Positions 51,527 through 60,567 of a stretch of DNA of 64,000 nt are shown one piece after another. The stretch comes from Coleofasciculus sp. D1-CHI-01. Lineage in GTDB: Bacteria; Cyanobacteriota; Cyanobacteriia; Cyanobacteriales; Coleofasciculaceae. Both the position numbers and the translations under genes were made by a program. The DNA is taken from NCBI GenBank assembly GCA_040218875.1, contig JAVJQP010000092.1; one strand, written 5' to 3'. The notes beneath the pieces were generated by a model that did no database searches, was not told the DNA's origin, and worked only from the letters and a program-made list of their open reading frames with translations. The stretch's first letter is position 1. Each line of letters begins with the position of its first letter.

Positions 51527-52848
51527 CTCGCATCTCGCTCATTATTGCAAATCCATTCAGCAATTTTGTCTGAAAGATCAAGTAAATCATCACGCCCGAA
51601 TACAGCTAGCTTGTAGTCTATTTTTCCACCTTCCGGAGAAGGATTTAAAACATTTACGATTTCTGTCTCTAGGGCATTAACATCTTTTTCGCTAGTGCAA
51701 CAGACTAAAGCAACTCGTGCTTCATCCCCACCGAGTTGTCGCGCTCTGATATAAGCTTCAAAAAGTTTTGATTTACAATCGAATTTACGCTCTATAGTTG
51801 TACAAGAAATGGCAAATAATTGATAGCCACGCATAAAAGCAACATCAAACTGGAATTTAGTATTTTTCGGATAGATTGGATTCCGAATCCAAAATGAAGT
51901 AGCACTATCGTCAATGGATAGCTCTTTAGGAATATTTTGCACTTGCTGTAAAACATAATGCTCCAGCCATTCACCATCCAGCCATTTGCAAGTAGATTCC
52001 AAGCTTTTCAAACCTTGGTCTTTAACAGTCTGAAGGGATAGTTTTTTAGCGGCTACACCTAACTGAGCTAATGCTTGATTAATAGCCTGATAGTTTTGGA
52101 GTTCAACAGTTTTATTGTCCCTTGTTATTTCTAACCGCAAGTCAGGCAATTCTAGGAGCTTACTTTCGCTTAACCATTTATTTTTATCTTTGGGCTTTCT
52201 AGCAGATTCCCGCAAAACTTGGTTACACCAAGTACGCCATAGTTTTATTAACTGCTCATTTGTATGAAACTCAGCAAAGGCTCGTGCAGCATCAGGTAAC
52301 TCCGGCTGGTAAATAGGCTCTGATTTCTCTTGCCACATCCATCCATGTATTTGAAAAACTTTAGCAAGTTTTACTTCCAGACATTCTGGTTTAACTTTGA
52401 GGCGGATGCGATCGCCATCTTCCCGATCGATACACATCTCTAGCTTGCGTGGATCGAGATAGCTAAAAACAGTGTCGGGACGCTCTTTGCTGAAAACGGC
52501 TCTGTAAGCGTGTACAGCCATCGCTTTTGTACCACCCGTATAATTCAATCCAATTTTTCCCACTTTGATAGCTTCTAGTTTTGGACGAATCGCCTCTTTA
52601 ATATGATAAGCATCGGATTCGTAATCATTAAGTGGCACAAGTTGAGCCGTCTTTAAGCCAATTGGCTCGTTACTCAATATTGTTTGTAAACGCTCCGCTG
52701 GATCTTTTGTACCCTTTGAATAAACCAGATAGGGCGTACCTCCCTTGTTTAACAAGAGTCTGGCTGCTACATAATTAGGCAAGGGATTCTCACCAATGAG
52801 CAAGAACAGATGATCGACTTTGTACTTATTCAACTCAGATGTGTTCAT
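51523..52848 (-). CDS. CARF-domain protein with C-terminal PD-(D/E)xK-like (Card1/Can2-type) fold, first gene of the operon
   Basis: The preferred start is the ATG at 52848 (MNTSELNKYKV). The N-terminal Rossmann-like HLFLLIGENPLPNYVAA and LNYTGGTKAM match CARF signatures. The C-terminal GEWLEHYVLQQV ... FDVAFMRGYQLFAISCTT aligns with the nuclease core of Card1/Can2-type effectors. Confidence 0.6.
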   Translation of the reverse strand: MNTSELNKYKVDHLFLLIGENPLPNYVAARLLLNKGGTPYLVYSKGTKDPAERLQTILSNEPIGLKTAQLVPLNDYESDAYHIKEAIRPKLEAIKVGKIGLNYTGGTKAMAVHAYRAVFSKERPDTVFSYLDPRKLEMCIDREDGDRIRLKVKPECLEVKLAKVFQIHGWMWQEKSEPIYQPELPDAARAFAEFHTNEQLIKLWRTWCNQVLRESARKPKDKNKWLSESKLLELPDLRLEITRDNKTVELQNYQAINQALAQLGVAAKKLSLQTVKDQGLKSLESTCKWLDGEWLEHYVLQQVQNIPKELSIDDSATSFWIRNPIYPKNTKFQFDVAFMRGYQLFAISCTTIERKFDCKSKLFEAYIRARQLGGDEARVALVCCTSEKDVNALETEIVNVLNPSPEGGKIDYKLAVFGRDDLLDLSDKIAEWICNNERDAR

Positions 52849-53054
52849 AGTGGCTAACCTGGGTATGACGTTGCTGCTGGGGTGAGATAGGCGATCGCTC
52901 TTCCTTAATCTAATCCAACTTATCTCCATGGGATTGAGAGGGGGACGAGTCGAGGGCGCGATCGCCTCTGTACCAAAAATTATGCCATCCATTCGGAAAC
53001 ACCCCCTTCCGATACTTGATAGGCTATAAGCCACACTCAACAAAACAAAAACTG
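52849..53054. promoter_or_regulatory. divergent promoter region between the Cas10 operon and the WYL gene
   Basis: A 206-bp spacer between divergent starts, and a natural operator location for a WYL-type regulator. No boxes were assigned. Confidence 0.35.
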
Positions 53055-54491
53055 ATGTCTGATCTATTCTTTCGCCATCCCCCCCAACCTCAACTCCTGC
53101 AACAGTTAGCCAAAGGACTTTTGCCACAAAATCACCATCTCACCCGGGCGATGAGATTATGGGTTTGGCTGCGCTGGCTGTATGGAGATCAGGGATACGC
53201 CACTTTACCCGACAGCTTCACCTACGCCGATTGGCGTCAAGCCTTCTTCAGCTCAACCCATCAGGATGAGAAACAAAACGATATTCTCCAGCACCATGAA
53301 CCCAACTGCGCCTGCACGAAAACCACCAGAGAATGGCTCAAAGAATTGAATATAGCCATTGATGAATGGCAAGAATCCCTACAACAACACCTGTCAATTT
53401 CCGATTCTGACCTGAAAAAATTGCTCCAAGAACGGCTATTTGCTCAAGTTCGTAAATCCCTTCAGAGTGACTTAGATTTACTGGTTGATCTTAACTGGCT
53501 GCAACGAGTTCCTCACTCAACCGGGAGAAGCAAGAACTACCGCCGTGTCCAAGTATTGCCCATTTCTCAGCAACCAGAAAACCGAATCTCTGACAGCAAC
53601 CTGACGCATCAAGAGCAGGTTTATTTGGCAGAAACCGTAGAAATGGTGAGTTTTCTCGACCCCACTATCCCGTTGTTAATTGAGCAAATTTCTCCCCATC
53701 CCCAGGAAGATACTCATCGTGTCTTTTTATACGTTGATTACTTAGTCCCGGAATCCACTCAAAAACAAGACCAAGTGGATCAACTTCAGGGACAATTGCA
53801 GGAAATTTGGGATTCTGGACAAATTTATCCCCTACTCATGACTTATCACAGCGCTCATTTGGGTTTAATCAAAGAATGCGTTGTCTATCCGGTTTGCATC
53901 TATTATATGGAACGGGCAAAATACTTATGTGCCTATGGCAGCACTCCCAAAAGCGAAATCAACTGGCACAATTATCGCCTCGACCGAATTTGCTCAGAGT
54001 GGCTGATGCCATTGGATTGGACTGATCCCCGCGTTCCTCAGTTGTTGCAGGAGCAATACAAGAAGAACCAACTGCCCACGCCCACAACGGTTCACACGAA
54101 GCTGAAACAAGCCTGGGGATTTGATTTCTATAAACCATCAGCGTTGATGGTAATCCGGTTCAACCAGAAGTTTCACGATCACTATATTCGAGGTACGTTC
54201 TTGCATCACACCTTTGCCCCGATTAACTATCAGCAAGCCACCCGTTTCATAAAACAACATACGCCCAATCCCGAACACATAAATACTCTGTTAGACATTC
54301 TTGAACATCGCTCTCCTGATGATGGTTACTACCAAGCTCAATACCGTATTAACGATTATCACGTCATCCGGCGCTTACGGGCTTTAGGTGCAGAGGTAGA
54401 AGTCTTGCTACCTTGGGCATTGCGGGAACGAATCGCTCTCAATCTGCAAGAAACTGGGAACTACTATCGGCACAAAACTTTAACGTTGTAA
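53055..54491 (+). CDS. WYL-domain protein (TIGR03985-like CRISPR-associated putative regulator)
   Basis: The preferred start is the ATG at 53055. The WYL signature AKYLCAYGSTPKSEINWHNYRLDRI is present. It is transcribed divergently from the type III operon. Confidence 0.6.
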   Translation: MSDLFFRHPPQPQLLQQLAKGLLPQNHHLTRAMRLWVWLRWLYGDQGYATLPDSFTYADWRQAFFSSTHQDEKQNDILQHHEPNCACTKTTREWLKELNIAIDEWQESLQQHLSISDSDLKKLLQERLFAQVRKSLQSDLDLLVDLNWLQRVPHSTGRSKNYRRVQVLPISQQPENRISDSNLTHQEQVYLAETVEMVSFLDPTIPLLIEQISPHPQEDTHRVFLYVDYLVPESTQKQDQVDQLQGQLQEIWDSGQIYPLLMTYHSAHLGLIKECVVYPVCIYYMERAKYLCAYGSTPKSEINWHNYRLDRICSEWLMPLDWTDPRVPQLLQEQYKKNQLPTPTTVHTKLKQAWGFDFYKPSALMVIRFNQKFHDHYIRGTFLHHTFAPINYQQATRFIKQHTPNPEHINTLLDILEHRSPDDGYYQAQYRINDYHVIRRLRALGAEVEVLLPWALRERIALNLQETGNYYRHKTLTL

Positions 54492-54498
54492 TCCTCAA

Positions 54499-54981
54499 TT
54501 ACCTCGTAAAATTACTGCTGGTTTTGCTGAAATCAGACGCCGGATGTTTCACTTCGTAAGCATTCAACTTATTATTCAGTTCTCGAATGCGGCGGGAAAG
54601 TAAGCGGATAATATTAATCGCAATTCCTGGTGTCTCATCAATGGCGTCATACAATTGCAATTGAGTCAGCATCAGACATTCGCAGGTTTCCAGGGTTGTC
54701 ACCGAAGCCGAACGCGGTTCAGCATCAAACAGTGACATCTCGCCAAAACAAGCACCTTGCTTCAGATAAGCCAAGTCGCGATCGCCAATGTGAACCCGCA
54801 CGGAACCGGACACCACAATATAAAGCGATCGCCCTTCTTCCCCTTGAGTGACAATCGTATGATCACTGGGGAAGGATAACTCATCCATAACCGAAGCAAC
54901 GCGCACCAAAAAATCGTCCCGCAATTCCTGAAAAATGGGGACGCCCCTGACAAAAAGTAAACGCTCAACGCTGGTTAACAT
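54499..54981 (-). CDS. cyclic nucleotide-binding domain protein
   Basis: 160 aa. The cNMP-binding cassette reads GACFGEMSLFDAEPRSASV. Confidence 0.85.
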   Translation of the reverse strand: MLTSVERLLFVRGVPIFQELRDDFLVRVASVMDELSFPSDHTIVTQGEEGRSLYIVVSGSVRVHIGDRDLAYLKQGACFGEMSLFDAEPRSASVTTLETCECLMLTQLQLYDAIDETPGIAINIIRLLSRRIRELNNKLNAYEVKHPASDFSKTSSNFTR

Positions 54982-55163
54982 GGGGTTAGCGGGTAGCTGC
55001 TGGGGATTGGTGCCAAGTGTAGCTGCACAAAGCTCTAGTTTACTTTATCCCACTTTGACTGATAATAGAGGAATTCAGGAACCATAAACACACCAATCTG
55101 CAAGATATCCCTGAAAATTAAGCCAATAACCCCTTAATAAACCCTTTCCTAACGACTGCTCCA

Positions 55164-58100
55164 TCAGCTCACTAGACCAAATTCGTTACTCATCTGTTGA
55201 GCTACCGCCGCCACCAACCGATCGGAATCATGTTTGAGCATCGGTAGTAATTCGATACAAGAACGGGGCGATGCGGCTTTCAAATAGGTTAAAACCGCTT
55301 CTCGGACAAAACCCGTGGGATGACGCAGACAGACTAACGTTGCTGCTGGTGTCAAACTTATATAAGCCCCCCGCGCTAAATGGAAACAACAAGCCAGCGT
55401 CCAATCCGAGAGAAAATGACGAAACTCAATTAATTGTCGCACGCGATCGCTGGGATTCATCGGTTGATAAGACACCAATTCCTGCAAACACGACAGCTTT
55501 TCGGTAAACGAACGGCGATCAAACAGGGCTAAAAAAGCTTGCTTTTGGGGAATATCTATGGTATTATCCAATATTTCTATCCCCATAGCAATATTAGATC
55601 GGGACTCAGATTGCAGATTAAAGGATGCTGCTTGAATTGCACCAACGGGATAAAGAAACTTCATCAGCAAAAAACAATTCTCCAGCAAATCCTTTTGCTG
55701 ATCATTTAGCGCTCGTCGCAGCAAATCTGCCTCCTGTCCACTGATCAGTTCTGGCTTCAAATCCACCAGAGCGGCATAAATCTGACCCAAAAACAGCAGT
55801 TCTTGCTCAATTAACGTCTCAATCCCACTCCGTCCCAACTGATCTAGCACCACATCGATTCCTTGCTCATTGGGAATTTTCAATAAGCTGCGGAGGATAT
55901 TACGACGGCTGATCCCCCAACTCGTCATTAGCTGTTGCACCAGATAGTTCAGGGTTTCGGGTGTACCAATCTCCGCCAACGCCGTCCAAGCTTGTACCCG
56001 AACTAAATCCGGTTTATGGATATCTTCTGCCAACTCCAGCAGCAACGGAATGGCTTCATTCCCCAGACGCACCAACGCCATGCGAGCCGCTTCACGAGTT
56101 GATTTATAATAAAGTCCTCGTACTAGCGATGGATAAGACTCTTCCAAATGAGTTGCCGCAATCACCTCTAATAAAGCGCAACGAACACGCAACGATTCAT
56201 CTTTTAACAGATGAGGAATATAAACTCTCAAGGCTTGCAAATACTCTGCCTCTCCTAAGGCTCGTGTCCCCATAACTCGTTCTCGTTCCCGTTTTGAGTT
56301 CACCATTCGCCGCAGGATCTCTGTCGCTTCCGCCTTCTCTTGCGAGGTTCCCCGACGTAAGATGATTGCGGCGGCTGTAGCTCGTACCATCGGATCAACG
56401 GTTCCGTGTAGATAAGGTTTAATCGTGTAAATATCCAATTCCGGTTGAGTCAACCAAACATAGCGCAGCGCCAACGCCAACACTTCTGGCGGCGGTTTCT
56501 GCTCAATCAAAACCTGTACATCCCGACAATAGGCGGGGTTGGGATACTCCAACATCGCCTCTAGACTCTGACACTGAAGCGCAATAGAAAGGCGAGGTAA
56601 AAGGGGAGCCAGTACCTCACCCACATTCGTAGGATCAATCTGGGATAACAGTTGAATACAAGAGCGTTTATCCGCTTCCGTACCCGGTTGTTCCAAGGTT
56701 TCGATTACCGTTCGCTTGAACGCCTTTAAGTCCACATCCGAAAACCCTAAGCGTCCTTGTTCAGCGCTATCAACGAGCAAGGTAACGTAAGTCGAGCGCA
56801 TTGACCAAGCACTCAGCAACCAGATTAGGGAGAAAAACACAATGGCAAGAATAAACATACCACTCTGCCATTGTTGAATTTGGGTTTCTGGCTGTCCTGG
56901 GAATAGGTGATGCAACAGCCAAATCCCAGCCAGCATACTAATGCCCGTAACACCCGTAGTTATGGGTTCGGCAATTCCCTGGACTCGGGTTTGCAGGGCA
57001 TTACGAATTCCTTCGGGTATCGGTTGAAACAAGAACGGTTCAATGCCAGCAATTAAGGTATAGCGCAGGAGTTCGTCAATAAACCGCAGGAAAATTAGAC
57101 CGACGAATAATCCAGTCACGAATCCGGGAATGGTCATGACTGCACCGAATAGCTTAAGGATCACATCCAGTAAACCACTCAATGTGATTAAGCCCATAAT
57201 CGCTAAGGACGTAGGTAGCATCATCGCAGCGACAAAGACGCCCAGACGTTCCACAGCGCGACTGGATAGGAACCACTGAGAGGTGAGTTCAAATATGCCG
57301 ACAATCCCACTGAATAACCCCAAAAACCCAGCAATATCTGAGGCTTCTAAATTTGCCTCTAATTGACCCAGATACTGGAACTCTACCAGCAGATACAGGG
57401 CTTCACCGAGAATAAAAAAGGCAAATAACGGCACAATATAGCGTTGTAGATGTCCGGTCGTGCGGCGAACCACAAATTTCTGGTCATCGTCTTCCCAATC
57501 CCTTGTGGGTAAGTTAGGAAAGGCTTGCTGGTAGCGTTGGGTTAAATAAAACAAAGTGCCAGCGCCAACCATCATCATCAACGCCGCCACCACGAGAACG
57601 TTTTGAATTGTGCCGACAACCAACAGCAGCAGGGGTAAAGAAAAGCCGGAAATCACATCAGCCACTAAGAGTCCTGATGACACAATCGGATAGGTGCGCT
57701 TAATTTCCCGAATATTGAATAATTGATTCGCGGCAACTTGAGAGTTGAGATCATTGAGAACTTCGACCGCATCCATCCACAATCGCAACAGAAAAACGGT
57801 ACCCAAGGCGATTAACCCGTTTAAATAGCTAAAGCCTAGGGTCAACCGTAAGATCAACAAGGGTACGCACGTTAGGAAAGCGACTGTGACTAAGACACGC
57901 CTCATCGGTACCCGTTCTTGTAGCCAAGAGTATAAGACACCTAGTCCAGACACCATCAGGGAGCTGGCGATATAAATGACGGGTAACCACTTTGCACCGT
58001 ATTCGTCCAAGAACAGTGCTGTCGCACTATACTCAAACCAAAGCAGCCCAACTGAGGTAGCAGTGTAGAAGGCGAACATCAAAAAGGTGCGCTCGCCTTC

Positions 58101-58178
58101 TTCTGGACGAAGATTGACCAATTCTAGGATTCGCCGTACCCATTCATTTTGAATGCGAGTACGAGTTTGTAGTTTCAT
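55164..58178 (-). CDS. multi-pass transporter-like N-terminal domain (MFS/ATP:ADP-antiporter-like) fused to a C-terminal HEAT-repeat domain
   Basis: 1004 aa. The first ~470 aa form about 11-12 hydrophobic helices. The remainder is helical-repeat sequence with HEAT-like units (e.g. DPMVRATAAAIILRRG, DESLRVRCALLEVIAA, VREAVLTYLKAA). Confidence 0.6.
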   Translation of the reverse strand: MKLQTRTRIQNEWVRRILELVNLRPEEGERTFLMFAFYTATSVGLLWFEYSATALFLDEYGAKWLPVIYIASSLMVSGLGVLYSWLQERVPMRRVLVTVAFLTCVPLLILRLTLGFSYLNGLIALGTVFLLRLWMDAVEVLNDLNSQVAANQLFNIREIKRTYPIVSSGLLVADVISGFSLPLLLLVVGTIQNVLVVAALMMMVGAGTLFYLTQRYQQAFPNLPTRDWEDDDQKFVVRRTTGHLQRYIVPLFAFFILGEALYLLVEFQYLGQLEANLEASDIAGFLGLFSGIVGIFELTSQWFLSSRAVERLGVFVAAMMLPTSLAIMGLITLSGLLDVILKLFGAVMTIPGFVTGLFVGLIFLRFIDELLRYTLIAGIEPFLFQPIPEGIRNALQTRVQGIAEPITTGVTGISMLAGIWLLHHLFPGQPETQIQQWQSGMFILAIVFFSLIWLLSAWSMRSTYVTLLVDSAEQGRLGFSDVDLKAFKRTVIETLEQPGTEADKRSCIQLLSQIDPTNVGEVLAPLLPRLSIALQCQSLEAMLEYPNPAYCRDVQVLIEQKPPPEVLALALRYVWLTQPELDIYTIKPYLHGTVDPMVRATAAAIILRRGTSQEKAEATEILRRMVNSKRERERVMGTRALGEAEYLQALRVYIPHLLKDESLRVRCALLEVIAATHLEESYPSLVRGLYYKSTREAARMALVRLGNEAIPLLLELAEDIHKPDLVRVQAWTALAEIGTPETLNYLVQQLMTSWGISRRNILRSLLKIPNEQGIDVVLDQLGRSGIETLIEQELLFLGQIYAALVDLKPELISGQEADLLRRALNDQQKDLLENCFLLMKFLYPVGAIQAASFNLQSESRSNIAMGIEILDNTIDIPQKQAFLALFDRRSFTEKLSCLQELVSYQPMNPSDRVRQLIEFRHFLSDWTLACCFHLARGAYISLTPAATLVCLRHPTGFVREAVLTYLKAASPRSCIELLPMLKHDSDRLVAAVAQQMSNEFGLVS

Positions 58179-58240
58179 TTAGCAGTTTTTCCTTAGTCGT
58201 TAGTCCTAAGTCATTAGCTATAGTCCATAGCGGCTAACCC

Positions 58241-58268
58241 ATGACTAATGACTAATGACCAATGAACC
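58241..58268. repeat. STRR-like heptamer array ATGAC[TC]A
   Basis: atgacta atgacta atgacca atgaacc between infC and the transporter gene. Confidence 0.85.
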
Positions 58269-58274
58269 CAAGTC

Positions 58275-58802
58275 TTATTTTTTGGAAGAGAGTAGCATCA
58301 TCATATTACGACCTTCCCGTTTGGGGGCTTGCTGCACTTCAGCAACGTCCTGTAAATCCGTTGCCATGCGCTTGAGCAAGTCTTCGGCTAAATTAGCGTG
58401 CTGAATTTCTCGCCCCCGAAAGGTAATCGTGGCTTTAACTTTATCTCCTGATTTCAGAAAGCGCCTAGCTGCGTTGACACGCACCTGGTAGTCATGATCA
58501 TCAATCTTATAGCGCATCTTGACTTCTTTAACGTCCGCCGTGTGTTGCTTCTTCCGGGCTTCGCGGGCTTTCTTCTCCTGTTCAAATTTGTATTTGCCGT
58601 AGTCCATGATGCGGCACACGGGCGGATCTGCCTTATCGCTAACCAAGACAAGATCCAACTCTTTTTCCTCAGCGATGCGTAAAGCCTCTTGAGGAGCAAT
58701 GATTCCTAGCTGTGTGCCATCGGTATCAATCGCACGAATCTTAGGATAGCGGATTCTTTCGTTGATTTGGGGTAGATCACGTTGGCGTCTTCTATCACTC
58801 AC
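58275..58802 (-). CDS. infC: translation initiation factor IF-3
   Basis: 175 aa. [22 protein letters not shown] ... [19 protein letters not shown] ... ITFRGREI are canonical IF-3. The ORF uses a GTG start. Confidence 0.95.
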   Translation of the reverse strand: MSDRRRQRDLPQINERIRYPKIRAIDTDGTQLGIIAPQEALRIAEEKELDLVLVSDKADPPVCRIMDYGKYKFEQEKKAREARKKQHTADVKEVKMRYKIDDHDYQVRVNAARRFLKSGDKVKATITFRGREIQHANLAEDLLKRMATDLQDVAEVQQAPKREGRNMMMLLSSKK

Positions 58803-59065
58803 GGGTGTCTGCTTGAATTTCTAGTTGTTAAGGGTTGGATAAAAGTAAGCGGATTTTACTTGCCATTTTACTGACTCTGATCCAGTTTCTGTCCATCTTT
58901 TTAACCTAACTTCCAAATTGCCGGGGGATGGCAGAGAAACCCTCACCAGAGAGGGAATATTTGAGGCGTTTGTTAGTCCTGATTTTTCCTGGGTTAGGGG
59001 GCATCTGCTGTAGAGAGTAACCTGAAGAAACCACTACAATAATAGGTAAGGAATTGTAAACGTTT

Positions 59066-59989
59066 TTGAAGTTGAGGCATGGTGTGAATCCATCGGTATC
59101 GTGGCAGCAACGAGTCGGCAATCAACGAGACTGGGTTTGGCAAGGTTGGCAGACTCGTTATACTTATATTCGTCCACCGCAGTCTCACTCAACATTGACT
59201 TCTCCCGTTCTGCTGCTGCATGGATTTGGTACTTCCATCGGACATTGGCGTCATAACCTACCTGTACTGGGTCAGAACTACCCGGTTTATGCGCTAGATC
59301 TGTTGGGGTTTGGCAGTTCGCGCAAAGCTGGGACAACCTATACGATTGAGTTGTGGGTCAATCAAGTGTATGAATTCTGGCGAACCTTGATCCAACACCC
59401 TGTAGTGTTAGTGGGTAACTCAATCGGTTCACTGGTGGCTCTGAGCGCAGCCGCCACTCACCCGGAGATGGTTAAGGGACTTGCCTTGGTTAATTTGCCA
59501 GATTTTTCCCTCCGAGAAGAGGCACTTCCGGCTTGGCTGAGACCTGTGGTATCAACGGTTGAGGGTCTAGTTGCGTCTCCTGTGGTTCTCCAAAGTCTTT
59601 TTTATCTGCTGCGACGCCCATCCATTGTCCAGAAATGGGCAGGACTTGCTTATGCCAACCCTAGGGCTATTGATGCAGAATTAGTGGACATTCTCACCCA
59701 GCCTGCTCGCGATCGCGGGGCGGCGGCTACATTTAGTGCGCTGTTTAAAGGGATGACCTCATCTAAATTTGGTCCTCCGGTCAAATCGATTTTGCCGACT
59801 TTGGATAGTCCTATACTGTTAATCTGGGGGCGTCAAGACCGGATGATTCCTTCCCAGTTAGCCCAGCAGTTTGCCGCTCTCAACCCGAATATCAAGTTGA
59901 TCGAGTTGGATAATGCGGGTCATTGTCCTCATGATGAATGCCCAGAACAGTTTAATCAGATATTACTCGATTGGTTAGCTGGGATTTAG
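59066..59989 (+). CDS. alpha/beta-fold hydrolase
   Basis: HGFG oxyanion motif (LLLHGFGTS), nucleophile elbow GNSIGS, and a C-terminal AGHCPHDE catalytic His region. The start is uncertain (TTG at 59066 or GTG at 59084). Confidence 0.8.
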   Translation: MKLRHGVNPSVSWQQRVGNQRDWVWQGWQTRYTYIRPPQSHSTLTSPVLLLHGFGTSIGHWRHNLPVLGQNYPVYALDLLGFGSSRKAGTTYTIELWVNQVYEFWRTLIQHPVVLVGNSIGSLVALSAAATHPEMVKGLALVNLPDFSLREEALPAWLRPVVSTVEGLVASPVVLQSLFYLLRRPSIVQKWAGLAYANPRAIDAELVDILTQPARDRGAAATFSALFKGMTSSKFGPPVKSILPTLDSPILLIWGRQDRMIPSQLAQQFAALNPNIKLIELDNAGHCPHDECPEQFNQILLDWLAGI

Positions 59990-60101
59990 GTCATTCGTCA
60001 TTTGTCATTCGTCATTCGTCATTCGTCATTCGTTTCCTCCATCTTCCCCATCTTCCCCATCTTCCCCATCTCCTGATAACTGATAACTGATAACTGATAA
60101 C
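59990..60101. repeat. composite of three different tandem micro-arrays: GTCATT[CT] x6, ATCTTCCCC x3, TGATAAC x4
   Basis: Units counted directly: 59990-60031, 60041-60067 and 60074-60101. The composite starts 1 nt after the hydrolase stop codon. Confidence 0.95.
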
Positions 60102-60182
60102 TCCCCCATGTCCCTCAGCTTCTCGCACCCTAGTTCCTCTAGGTTAAGATCGAAGCGGAATGTGAAACGTCTCCTGCGTCCT

Positions 60183-60368
60183 ATGAACAGCGCCGATTTT
60201 ACCGATACCTTACAATGGACACCCGAAGCTAAAGCGAAACTCAAAAAAATACCTTATTTTGTGCGTACTCAAGCTCGACAACGGATTGAGCATTTAGCTC
60301 GTGAGGCTGATTTGGATGTCGTTACCGTAGATATTGTTGAGCAAGCTAGGATTGAGTTTGGTCAATAG
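60183..60368 (+). CDS. PCP-reductase-like small protein (protochlorophyllide reductase C-terminal-like domain)
   Basis: The ATG at 60183 is preferred. [30 protein letters not shown] is the typical signature of this small cyanobacterial/plastid family. Confidence 0.6.
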   Translation: MNSADFTDTLQWTPEAKAKLKKIPYFVRTQARQRIEHLAREADLDVVTVDIVEQARIEFGQ

Positions 60369-60454
60369 TCAGTCACTCGTACAGGTGGGCGCAAGGATAG
60401 CCTGCCTTTGTCAACTACATTCAGTTCTGTCCATAGCCCTCAACCCTTTACCAA

Positions 60455-60482
60455 GGGCAAAGGACAAAGGACAAAGGACAAA
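60455..60482. repeat. heptamer array GGACAAA x4
   Basis: gggcaaa ggacaaa ggacaaa ggacaaa. Confidence 0.9.
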
Positions 60483-60567
60483 GAACCATCTTAACCGTTA
60501 ACTTTTATACCGACCTACTTATTCAAATGTCTCAACTATTATATAGGCTTGTATTGCAGTTATTCTC

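Noticed and set aside
52849-53127. 93-codon N-terminal extension of the CARF ORF (ORF track 51523-53127).
   Set aside because: The extension overlaps the divergent WYL gene start region and has no CARF-like sequence. The CARF Rossmann strand begins right after the Met at 52848, so the extension is most likely spurious.
59990-60101. Possible CRISPR array; the same question applies to the other tandem arrays at 3977, 7737, 11999, 14491, 30852, 58241 and 60455.
   Set aside because: The units are 7-9 nt and directly contiguous with no spacers, unlike the roughly 30-40-nt CRISPR repeats separated by unique spacers. No repeat-spacer structure exists anywhere in the window.
60026-60244. Minus-strand 72-aa ORF ending in GDGEDGEDGEDGG.
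   Set aside because: The acidic repeat is the ATCTTCCCC tandem array read in frame. The rest overlaps the better-supported plus-strand PCP-reductase-like gene.
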